A DNA stretch of 62,929 bases, filler included, from Reclinomonas americana ATCC 50394 (taxonomy: Eukaryota): NCBI GenBank assembly GCA_048213135.1. It is 12 parts of 12 records of this genome, joined end to end, with 100 filler letters (N's around TTAATTAATTAA, not from the genome) between each part and the next. Parts side by side here need not be neighbours in the genome. Positions count along the whole stretch, not along the records: positions 1 to 3,763 come from AFZH01021316.1; positions 3,864 to 5,585 come from AFZH01021318.1; positions 5,686 to 18,494 come from AFZH01021319.1; 9 more parts are not named here. One strand, given 5' to 3'. Positions 1 to 11,059 of the stretch are shown piece by piece. Position 1 is the first letter of the stretch. Each line of letters begins with the position of its first letter. Under the pieces are notes generated by a model that was given only the letters and a program-made list of their open reading frames with translations, was not told where the DNA came from and ran no database searches. Made by a program: the position numbers and the translations under genes.

Positions 1-1660
1 CTGCAGCGCGTTGGCGCGTTGAGAGTCTCCCCCGTGGTCACTGAAAACTGGTGCCTCGTGTCGTGCAGTCTGTCCCGGCCCCGACCGCCGTCGACGGCAT
101 CTACTCGCTGACCACCGAGAATGTGGCGGCCACCGAGACCGGTGTCTGGCTGGTTGTGTTCAACCACTCGAACCCCACGTGCGCGGTACGTCTCATGCTC
201 CTTCTTTTCCTCCTCGTCCGCGTTGTGCCTCACACATCCGTCCAATTATGAACGCAGTTCTGCGCCGAAGTCAGCAGCTACATGCGTGACCTGCAGAAGG
301 CGCTGCCGAAGGGCGTCAAGCTCGCTCAGGTCTCCTGCAACACCGAGGCCGAGATCAAGACCTGCCGCCGCTACATGGTCAACCAGTTCCCCACCTTCAA
401 GTGGTGCGTTGCTCTCGCCGCAAGTTCAATCTGTTGTTTGTCGCACCTCATCGTGCTTGTGCGTGCACAGGCGCGTGGAGAACGCCGATGCCACCACGGT
501 GCTGAACAACTCTCGCGACTGGAACGCGAACAAGACCTACCTGTTGGGCTGGTTGAAGAAGCAGATTCCGTTGCGTCGAAAAATGCAGAATCGAGGGAGA
601 GAGTGAGAGTGATACTCACCTCGTCCCTTGCCAATCGCAGGGTTGTCCGCACAATGACCCCGACCGAGGTGCAGTCGTACGACGTGTGGAAGGACGGCGT
701 GTTGGTCGCCTTCCGCGGCACCTCGGACCACGCTGCCACTGCTTTCGATGCCGCCGATCCGTCGCCCGAGTTGGTGAGCTATATTGTTGTGTCGGGTGGC
801 GCAGCTTGCCCCCTCTAACGCAATGCTGCAGACCACCTTCGTCAACATGAGCACCGGCATGACTCGCCGCACCTTCGCCATGGTGCCGAGCTTCGACACG
901 TGGACCAAGCAGTACCCCCTGCCGGCCGGCTGCTCCAACGCTCTGGCGGCCGTCGTTCGCGTCGACGGTGTGTCGTACTTCTGCGGCGGCGGTAACGGCG
1001 ACCGCGTCGCCCTGCGCTCCTTTGTGCAGAGCCAGGCCGTGATGCGCGTTGCGTCATAGCAGTCGTCGCTGTCGCAGTGCGAATAGTAGCTCACCACTGT
1101 GTGCTGTTGCAGATTGGCCGCCTGAACTCGGCCAGCCTCGCGCTGCTGAAGCTCGCCGGTCGCAGTTTCGTCGCTGAACAGTTGCAGCTTTGTGGCTCTA
1201 TACCTGCTCTCACCCGCTCTTCCTCTCTTGCCACAGACCGCATGTTCGGCATTGTGATTCCCAAGAGCATGGAGAAGGATCTGGCATCGTGAGTTTTTCT
1301 CGTTTTGTGTTTTGTCCCTGCTGCTCTCCCAAGTTCTCATTATCTGCGCAGCGTGACGGGCGCCGTGAGCGCGGCTGTCCACCTCGACAACGAGGCTGCA
1401 TTCTTCTACGCCGTCTTTGAGGACACCAAGACGGTGAGAGCGCTGTTTCACGCCACCGTTATGTGCACGCACTCACTCACTCTTTCCCTTCTTGTGGCAT
1501 ACAGTGGCTGCAGCAGCACAACGTCGACGAGAAGAAGCTGCCGGCATACTTTGTGATGACCCGCACTGCGGCATCGGCACAGGCCGTCGGCGCTACCTCG
1601 ATCAACGCCGGCTCGTTCGAGCAGTTTGTCAAGTCGCAGCTGCAGCAGCAGAACGCATAA
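1..1660 (+). CDS. Protein disulfide isomerase-like thioredoxin-fold protein (multi-exon, 5' end outside window)
   Basis: Removing intron 186-257 gives WLVVFNHSNPTCAFCAEV (CxxC), then AQVSC...CRRYMVNQFPTFKW (cis-Pro loop). Further exons resemble b/b' domains (NVDEKKLPAYFVM). Stop TAA at 1660. Confidence 0.7.
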
Positions 1661-1818
1661 GGATCGAAAGAAGAAGAAGCTCATATGTGTGAGCGTGAGC
1701 GTGCATGTACAAGCCGCCACCATTGCCTTTTCTCCCTGTTGTTTTTCTCTGTATGTGCTCGACCAAGTAAAAAACGAGCACGCCAAACAAACACGAACAC
1801 GCCAATTCAATCCTTCAC

Positions 1819-3763
1819 ATGAGCGAAGGTCTTTACTCCCTCTCTTCTCTCACTCACTGCCTCCACACGCAACTAAAACACACATACAATGCACAGCACG
1901 TCGCCCCCCGCCACCCACCAGCAGCACAGTTACGCACGATTATTTCTCCGACACACAGACACTCTCTCTCTCACTCACACACACACATGCACAGGCTGTG
2001 CCAGCAGTGCCCCGCGCACCTCCACCACCACGCGCACCTCCACCAACGGCCTCCTCGCCAGTCGCGGCCTCAGACAGTGCGCAGACAAAGACACACACTC
2101 TCATTCTCTCTCACTCTCTCTCACACACGCACAGGCGCTCTATCAGCAGCAGCAAGTGCTCCGCGTCCTCCTCCTCCTCCGCCCTCCTCCTCCTCCTCGT
2201 CCACTGGTTTGTCTCGCTGCATTTCCACAATTTGATTACAATGATAATGAGAGTGCGACGAGTGACCGGTGTCTCTGTGCAACTCACCTTTACAGAGAGC
2301 ACCCGCTCGCCTCCGCCTTCCGCTGCACCTCCGCCACCTCCACCAGTGTCGCGTCCACCTGCTGGTCTGTGAGAAGAGAGCTCATTAAGAGAGAGTGAGA
2401 GAGAGACTTGACTGAGTGTCTATGGTGTGCGCAGTGCAGAGTGTGGCCGGTGGCTTGACGTACCCTGCGCCTCCGCCTCTTGCTGCTGGCAGTTGCGTGA
2501 GACTCTCACTCTCTGAGAGTGTCAGTTGGGCCTGATGCTCGTTCGCAGAGGCGGCGACCACTGCAGCTGGCGGCGATTCCTTGCCTCGACCTCCGCCTCG
2601 GCGATCGGAAACGGTCTCCATTGTTGTGCTCTGTGTGCTGTTTCGTGACTGTGGAGTCTCACTAGGAAGGTAGGCGGGCGAGGGCAGCGACAAAGCGGGA
2701 GCGTTGCGCTCGGAGTTGTCGTCGGTGCGCGCGGATGCCGAGTGTCTGCGGCGTGACAATGATGCACTGCAGCAGGTTGGTGTCGATGATTGTGTGTTTT
2801 TGCGACGATGTGGAGCAGGCGGTAACATGCGTTTGTATGTGCAGGAGTTGTCGGTGCTGCGAGTGCAGGTCAGTTCGGTGGAGGCGATGAAGCCGCGCTT
2901 GGCGGCGCTGCAGGCCGATAATGATAGGTTGCAGGAGGTCGGTCGCAGCCTGTTGTCGCGTTGCACGTGCTTTTGCTTGTGTTGCTGATCGCGAGGTGAT
3001 GCACAGGAATTGGCGACGTTGCGCAGTCGCGCCTCGGCGGTTAACCCGTCGCAAGCGGCCGCGCAGAAGCAACTGGAGGCTGAGATTGTCGATCTGCGCG
3101 CGGTTCGTGGTGATCGTCGTGATGTAATGTGTGAGCGTGTTCCGCACGCTGACCACGTGCGATGCAGGAATTGGCAAAAACACGCGCTGCGGCGACGGCC
3201 TCTGCTGACGCATCAGCGCGCCTGCGCCAGGCTGATGAGAAGTTGATGCAGACGCAGCGGGTGAGTGTGTGTCTTCAAAAGGTGTTGACGTCCATTGCAA
3301 CTGCGTGCTCATCGCATTGTTCCACGGGTACAGGAGATTGCTGACCTCCGTGCAGTTGTCGAAGCGACACGCAAGGAAGCAACGGTTGGTGCATGTGGTG
3401 AGCGTGCTGAAGGCAATCCTCCTGCTCTCTGACTCTGTGTGCGCAGGATGCCAAGACAGCACTGGCGCGCGCCACGCAACAAGTGGCCGAGTTGTCTGCG
3501 GTATGTTGGTATCATGTCCGCAAGAAGACAGGCAGCTGTGGTAACACGTGACAATAGGTGGCGGAAAAGTCCAAGTCAGCAGCGGCGGGTGCCACACAAG
3601 CGGCTTCGGTTCGTCTCCTTCGCCTCGTTATTCTCTGACAAACATCTCACCCTCTTCTGTTTCGTGCAAACGTAGGGCGAATTGCAGCAAGCACGCCAAG
3701 GTGCGTTATTCATTCTCCCCTTCTGTCGCCGCTTCAATGATTGAATGCGCGTGTCTCTGTGTC
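1819..3763 (+). CDS. Proline-rich N-terminus plus long coiled-coil protein (multi-exon, runs into gap)
   Basis: MSE|ARRPPPPT start, poly-Pro exons (PPPPRAPPP, APPPPPPVSRPP), then heptad exons (ELSVLRVQV, ELATLRSR, ELAKTRAA, EIADLRAV) bounded by GT-AG introns. Confidence 0.6.
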
Positions 3764-3863
3764 NNNNNNNNNNNNNNNNNNNNNNNNNNNNNNNNNNNNN
3801 NNNNNNNTTAATTAATTAANNNNNNNNNNNNNNNNNNNNNNNNNNNNNNNNNNNNNNNNNNNN

Positions 3864-4087
3864 GAGTCGCCACCGAGGGAGTCGAAGGCCACAATAGACA
3901 GAGGGACGCTGGCACTCGCGCCCCCCATCATCAGCGGCGGCAAGGTCTGAGGCGTCATGTGCACCGCCGCGCTGGCGGCTGGTGCCGCCGCCGTCGGTGT
4001 TGCTGGCGGCGGAGGTGGTGGGGGCTGAGGAGAGGGCGAGGAGGAGACGGAGCGGGCCGAGTCAGAGGAATCCGACATGGAGGGCAT
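3864..4087 (-). CDS. Low-complexity Ser/Pro-rich hypothetical exon running into the gap
   Basis: Open frame MPSMSDSSDSARSVSSSPSPQPPPPPPP...; no recognisable domain. Confidence 0.3.
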
Positions 4088-4664
4088 TGGAATGCAGTGC
4101 GGAGAGAACAGGCCGTCGCCCGAGTCATCGACACTGTCGCACTCGTCGGACGACCACGCCAGTGAGCCGGGTACGAGACTGTCGTCGCTCCGGTGCGCGC
4201 GGTGGTGGTGGTAGTCTGTTGTAGTTCAACAGCAGCAACGAACAAAAGCGGGTAAGCTCAACTTGAAGAGCAAGGAAGAAAGAGGAAAGACGAGCGGGTG
4301 GGGAGGCGAGCCGAGCAAGAAAAAGATGAATCTGCATACGAAACAGCTCGTGTTGCAAGAAAGGCAAATCCACCGCTCAATTTTGCCCGAAAAGGAAATT
4401 CACGTGGTGAAATGACACGCAAAAGGCTTGCAAAACATAAGACCAGGCGTGACTGACCAGGCAACCACTCCGCATCACCACAAGCGCAACACACCACTAC
4501 AGAGTGCGTGAGTGTGTGCAAGTACACGAGACACGCGGAAAATGTCCAAAACGTGTGCGCAAAAGAAGAAAACGGGATGGGGTGGCGATAGGGCAGACAC
4601 GGAGGAGGAGAAGGGGAAAGGTGTGCAGAGAGAGGGAGAGACGGAGGGGAGACGCAACATGACA

Positions 4665-5253
4665 CCAAGCTGAGCTGCTCCATGCGCGCCGACGTGGCCT
4701 GGAAAAAGGCACTCGAGGCACCCTCCAGCAACACTGCGTCATTAGGCGGCCACACGCCCAAAATCTCTGTTGCCGCCGCCGATGCTGTTGTCGCAGCTGA
4801 TATGGCCATCACAGCCGCCGCAGTGCCATTCAACAAGCGCCGCTTGTTCATTGGAGGCTCCATGACCGCAGTCGCGGCCGCCCATTCGTCTTGCAGCGAG
4901 CGGCGTCGTCGCCGTGTCCTGCCCAGTGCCGCTGCTGTCGCCGTTGATGATGACATTACAGTGGACGACGAGTGCAGCGGAGTCGTAATCGGCGGCAAGG
5001 CATTGTCGAGTAGTTGTTGTTGTTCCTGGCCATGACGCGCGGCATCTACTACAACCACGGCCGCCGCCTCGGCGGTGGTGACGTCTTGTGATGCAATGGA
5101 GGAGGGTGTGGAGGAGGAGGAGGCTGGTGCAGACGAGGGCACCGCAGGCGAGTGGATGGGTGTGAGGTAAGGTTCGCCGCCGCCAACAACGGCAGAGGGC
5201 GTTGAGAGTGGAGGCGCTTCGCAGCAGCACGCAAAGAAGTCGTCGACTTGCAT
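4665..5253 (-). CDS. Hypothetical low-complexity protein exon with NLS-like basic patches
   Basis: ORF MQVDDFFACCC...RTRRRRRS...PPMNKRRLL, followed by a pyrimidine-rich intron-like tract; 3' end unresolved. Confidence 0.4.
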
Positions 5254-6002
5254 GAGTGTGTGTAAGGTGGGAGAGAAGGAGAGAGAGAGGCAAAGGGCGT
5301 GGCAAAAGAAAAAGCGTGGGGTAGATTGCCTGCGCTCTCAGATGCAACAAGAAAACAAAGAAGAAAAAAAGACTATCCCAATCCGGAGGTGGCTCAAAAT
5401 CGTCCGACACGCCTGCTCAAGTTGCAACGCAAGTTGCACTCCAAGCGCCCAGTTAGGGAGAGTGCGCCAGCACGCACGTAGCCTGCATTCTGCATTTCGC
5501 GGTGGCACTGGCGGCGGTCTCCTCGTCGCAAGTGGTGTGCTGGACAACGTGAGAATACTTGTACCGACAGTACAATCGGACAAAGNNNNNNNNNNNNNNN
5601 NNNNNNNNNNNNNNNNNNNNNNNNNNNNNTTAATTAATTAANNNNNNNNNNNNNNNNNNNNNNNNNNNNNNNNNNNNNNNNNNNNAGCTGCTGCTGCTGC
5701 TGCTGCTGTTGTTGTTGTTGTCTGCGCGGGCATCTCTGCTGCCTTGTTTCGTCGCCGCCCACCACTCGTGCCCGCTCCTCCTCTGCGCTGTTGTTGTTGT
5801 TGTTGCTGGTGCGAGGCGACTGAGAGCGACGCAGAGGACATTGCCGCGGCGTCGAGTGCCTCGTGTGCGGCGTGTGGGGCGCGACCTTTCCTTCGCGCAC
5901 TGTTCATTCGGCAAGTGGTGATTGGGGACAATTAGATGCCGTGAATTGGTCGATCAAAGTGCACCCCGGCAGCGCCGTAGCTTTTGTCTGTGCCTTTTAT
6001 CT

Positions 6003-7101
6003 TTACTTCATACTCTGCGTGCCTGCTCTCGTTCTGTCGTCGTCGTCGTCTTCGTCTTCCGTCGGTGTCATTGTGCTCACCTGCAAGCACGAGAACACCT
6101 CCGGCACCTCCTCCAGCAGCCGCAGCGAGAGCACGCGAAGAAAGTTCCAGCCATTGGTCCCCGCGTCGTCCTCTGTGCACGTATCGGCGTTGATTGAGTA
6201 TGCCGAACTGTGCGATCGATCGACAGCGACAACTCACCTGGCAAGTGCGTCTTGTTGAACGGGTTCGTAAAGTCCACGCGGTCGGCAAACTCGGCGTGTC
6301 GATGCTGCAGCACCTCGCGCAGGCCGGCGAAGCGCGAGTCGGCCATCAGTGGCGTGCGATCGGAGACCACCACCGGGCAGAGGGCGCTCGCAAAGCTGCC
6401 GACGTCGAAGCACGTGCCGAAGCGGTCGGGGTAGTGTCGGAACTTGAGTGGTGGCTTGTCGATGAGCGTCACTGTGTGGTGGCGGTGTGAGACGCGGCAC
6501 GATGGCGTGAGAGTGGGGACGATAATGAATGTACCGAGCGCCAAGTCCACAAAGGCCACGTCCAGTTCCTGCTCTGAAGCGAATCAGTGGTTGTCTTTGC
6601 GTAGCGGTGGTACACAACATACACAGACACGCGCGCACCGGGTTATCACAGCAGAGAATCAGGCCGTGCTTGGAGTCGTACTCTCGACACTTGTCGGCGT
6701 ACCACTCGTAGAAATCCCGAATGGCCTCCACCGGCTCCTTGGCCTCGCGCTGCAGCTCCTCCAGCAGGTCCATGTGCACCGCCCAGAAGCCCGGCACCGT
6801 GTGCACCGTGTCAAAGTCGTCGGGAAACGAGACTCGGAAATCGAATCTTCGCCGCTCCAACACGCTGATGCTCAGGTCGTCCTCCAGCTGCATCAACTGC
6901 GGAGGGAAGTGGGAAGGAGAAGGGAGAAGGGAGAAGGGAGGGTGAGAGGCGTGTAGCAGACAGGGAGTGAGTGAGTGAGAGACGAACCGCAGCGCCAATG
7001 CTGACAAGCTTGTGCTTGCCAAGCCACTGCCCAGTGGTCTCCACATCGAGTGAGAGCACTGTGCAGGGTATGGGGTAGCGAACGCGGTGGATGTCGCTCA
7101 T
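6003..7101 (-). CDS. DEDDh 3'-5' exonuclease (Rv2179c/phage DnaQ-like), 4 introns
   Basis: Spliced product has ExoI LDVETTG...LVSIGA, ExoII DNPELDVAFV and ExoIII THLPEDDA, plus an acidic tail. Confidence 0.75.
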
Positions 7102-7167
7102 GCGCGAATGGGAGAAGAGTGGTTGGTAGAGACTGCAAATCCGTTCATCCACCAGACCATCTTCTAC

Positions 7168-9002
7168 ATGCTCTCTCCCGCACGCCGACCACGTGTTCTG
7201 CTCATCACCATCTGCACGCTGACTCTCCTCGTCACTGCGTACCTCTCACTGCGTCGTGGCACACCGATCGACGACCCAGCAGTGTCGAGCGATGGCGATC
7301 GCGATGTGGAGGCCGAGTTGCAAGAGTGGCGCGAGTTGCAAGAGGTCAGTCAGTGCACAGCAACAACACAGCATAGTGAAGGGTGCACTCTGATGCGCTC
7401 TCTCCCTCGCACACAGGCGGCCGCGCGCTTGGGACCAGTGGGAGGCGGTCAATGTCGCAATCATGTGCTGGCCGCTCGATTGCCGTCGTCGGTGGCCGAC
7501 TGGATCGAGAAGGCCGTTCGCAACCCGTTCATGTTGAGTGCCTTACTCTGTGTCTCTCCCTCCACGTAGACGCTGATCGCCACACTCACTCGCACACACA
7601 GACATCGACTGCTGAACGACCTCGCCTCTCCGAAACTGTGCCAGACGCCGGCCATGGTGGCGCTGCGAGATCGACTCATGTCGCAGCAGTGCATGCGCCT
7701 GTCCAGTTGCGGCTCATACCCTCTCCTCTTCTTCTTCCCCGCTTCCTCACTCGCTTGCGCAGGTCAGCAGTCGACCTTTTGGCAAATCTATCACAAGCCG
7801 GAGACGTGGTCGTCGTTGTACCAATTTGCGTGGACGGGTGGCATCAGTGTGACGCCGGGCGAGCTGGCGCGCTACTGCGACATTAACATTTCCGATTTCA
7901 CGACGGCTTTTGTCAGCGATCCACCGCGACGCGGTCAGCACGCGCAGCTGCAGTTTGCGGAGCAGGCCGCCATCATTCCCATGGGCATGGGCGCGTACTG
8001 CTTGCCCCTCCCCGACTGGTACGGGTTCGGCACGTGGTGAGTGGCTCCGCGATGCGCTCTCTGTGAGTTGACGGGAGCTGATCATCGTTGTCACAGGCAG
8101 CAAGACAAGAAGATGAGACCGCCGTGCAAGATCATGTCGGAGTACCCGATTGAGAGTGCGCTTCCTCCTCCTATTCTTCGTCTCCCATCCTCCTCCTCCA
8201 CTGCCACTCACCACTGCGCGTGTGCAGAGTTGCCACTGAACACCGTGGTGGCGTGGGTGCGTGTCTCTGCCTTCTTTCCCCTTGACTTGCCCTTCAACGT
8301 CTCACTGCTGCCTGCAGAACGATTTCTTGAGCTACAGCTACGGCAGCCTGCTGATTCAGGCCGAGGAAGCGCACGGCAAGATCCTGAAGAACACACTGGA
8401 GACGGTGATGCAGGAAGTGTTTGGCACTGAGCAGCCGATTCCGGCCGAGATCCAGTGCGGCGATTACCGCTGCATTCCGTGCTGTGCGCACATGTACATG
8501 CACAAGCACACACTCCAGTTACGAGCCGCCACCCCTCTCTGCTTCGCAACACAAGCGCTGGGCTCACCTGGCAGTGTGCACACACATAGACTCTTCGCCA
8601 AGTTCCAGCTGGCGTTCTTTGCGTACGCCTTCGGTACGGGTCAGTACCTCGGCGGCTGCTCGTATCTGGAGAAAGGCATGACGTTTGGGCGGTGCTTTGC
8701 GTATGTATCGGAGCGATTGGCTTCGATCTTTTACTTTATGCAAGAGCGCAAGGTGAGTGCGATGACTTTGGTACGACGTGATCTGACTTGGCGAACTGAC
8801 GAACAGTGGAGCACAGATGCTGCTGTGGAGAATTCCGCGTGATGGCGAGTGCCCCGACCCGGTGCACGTCGAGACCGAGCAGTACTACAAGCAGCAACCG
8901 GCGCTGACCAATGAGCAAATTTTGCGCGTGTTCGATGTTCTAGTCGAGTGCAACAAGCTGGCGACACGCGACCTGGAGCAGCCGCCACCATCACCTCCAT
9001 AG
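7168..9002 (+). CDS. Type II membrane glycosyltransferase-like protein (DUF4422/GT111-like)
   Basis: N-terminal signal anchor RRPRVLLITICTLTLLVTAYLSL; motifs QIYHKP, PDWYGFGTW, HMYMHK..LF, RCFAYVSERLASIF resemble DUF4422. Confidence 0.5.
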
Positions 9003-9041
9003 ATTCATAAAAATCACTTGTTTAATTCATCTCTATCGCCA

Positions 9042-10562
9042 TCATTCGTCGTGCACACCACCACCCAGCAGCCCATTCACCGTGATCGCACTACCGCCGC
9101 TCGGCCGGCCTCCCTTCTGCCTCCGCCTTCGCCTGTACGCACATACACACATGCATGAGAGGAGGAGGAGGAGCAGGAGAGACAACTTGGTGAAAACGCA
9201 CCAGCGGAGCACCACCGTGACGAGCCAAAAGAACAGGCCGCCAAGCATGAACGACATGGCCTCGTCAAAGGTGAACAGCGACCCGGGGCGCGACTTGCCG
9301 AGCTCCACGTCGTCCACTGGATCGAGGACGGGCACTTGCGGGAACGTGGTCGGCCCGGCCGGCACCGCCTTGAACTGCACGTGCGCCTCAAGACCTGGCC
9401 GATGACACGCGCCGAACCAGTTGCTGATCGGGCACGGCGACCACCGGCGCACCACGCAGAAACGTGCATTCACCGGCAAGTGAGCGGCGGTCAACTCGCG
9501 CGACTGTTTCGTGGAGGCGCACGAGTGCGTCAACTCCCACGGGGCGTGGGTGGAGGCGCCCCACAGAATCGTCGGGCACGTCTCGCGGAACTGCTCAGGG
9601 CACACGCAGTCAACAACTCCCACTCTCAAGGCAATCATCAAGAAACACACGCACACGCACCTGCTCATTGTGCCGCGCCTCCTCACCACAGGCCAGCGCG
9701 TAGTTGTAGTCGGGCACGCGTGCGGAGAAGACCGCAGAAATGTCGGATCCGGCACCGAGCGTCGGCGTCTCCTTCATGTGCGAATAATCGTGCTTCTGGT
9801 GCACCGCCAGCACCACCGACGTGGCGTCCACCGTAAAGTAGCCCAGCGTGTGCGACAGGTGGTGCGTCAGCCACGAGTCCCACGCCATGCGACCGACCGC
9901 GAACGGTTTCATGGACCAGCCGCCACCGCGACGGAACACAAAGTAATCGACGGCTCGCACATCGTCCAGCACGCCCTCTCGCACCGCATCGTTGTGCAAC
10001 TGCTTCACCCACTCGCCCGCAGCATCGAAATCGATCTCGCGCTGCACGACGACATTGGTGCGTCGACCCAAGATGAAGAACTGCAGACCGCCGTGCTTCT
10101 CCACGTGCTCCGCCACCGTCTCCACCGCGCGCATGAACGCCGGCGTGAGCACAATGTCGGCATTGATGTACACCATCACGTCGGCACTGGTGGCCTCTTG
10201 TGCGCGCGAAAAGATCTCGTGCATGAGGGGAACACCGTCGGGCGTGGTGGCCTCGGTGCGCACCGCTCGCGCCCCCAGTCGCTCTGCCCACACGTCGAGG
10301 TTCTCAGGTGCCACCAGCAGGACCTCACCGCCTGTGCATGTGTGTGTAAGAGGGAGAGAGAGAGACAACAGTGGAGATGCGCGCGCGAAAATCAATCACC
10401 GATGGCCTTCCATGAGCCGATGGCGTTCTTCTGCGCGCGAATGGCGGAGCCGTGAAAGGGTTTCGGGCAGGAGAAGAAGGCCACGCGTAATGCCGAGGTG
10501 GTGTCGCTCAGAGCGACCACGGCGAGGAGGAGGAGGAGCGGCAGCAGCCGCCGCGTGTGCAT
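9042..10562 (-). CDS. Bacterial-type GT-A-fold glycosyltransferase with signal peptide and C-terminal TM (type I membrane)
   Basis: Signal peptide MHTRRLLPLLLLLAVVALS; motifs FSCPKPFHG..QKNAIGSW, YINADI, DYFVF, GRMAWDSWL, HQKHDYSH; TM FMLGGLFFWLVTVVL followed by a basic tail. Confidence 0.7.
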
Positions 10563-11059
10563 GTGAAGTTGGCGAATCCGTTGGTGGGAATGGGTGGTGG
10601 AAATTGGTCGAGAGAGTGGGGATACGGCCTGTGAGGTAGCTGGGTATTTGCGAGGTGCTATAGTGGTGAGTTGTTGGGGGATGGGGTTTTTTCTCTTGCT
10701 GCAAGCTGAATTCGAATTCAAGCTGTGGAGTACGGATATCGATATCGGATCGGATCCGAACCGACCGTTCTCTCGCAGCCGATGCAGCTGTGGCTCGCCG
10801 GCCCCAAGCAGGAAGATGCTGGTATATTATGTACGCCACCTACTTCGAGAATTGACCGAGTGGGTTGAAAGGGAAAAGGCGATGCATGCATTGGAGGAAA
10901 ACCGAACCAAAACCAGTTTCACTCTCGGATCAACTTCCAGCGAGCAGGTTCAGCCCCTGCAAACTAGTGAGTTGCGACTAGCTTCTTTGTCGACCTCTGA
11001 CCTCAAATCTCAGGCGACGGCAAGTGCGTCCTCTGTCCCAGTTGGCTTATCTTTGTTGT

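Noticed and set aside
5686..5931. PolyQ/polyT ORF running into the gap
   Set aside because: Mostly trinucleotide repeats; it may be a real first exon but frame and identity cannot be supported.
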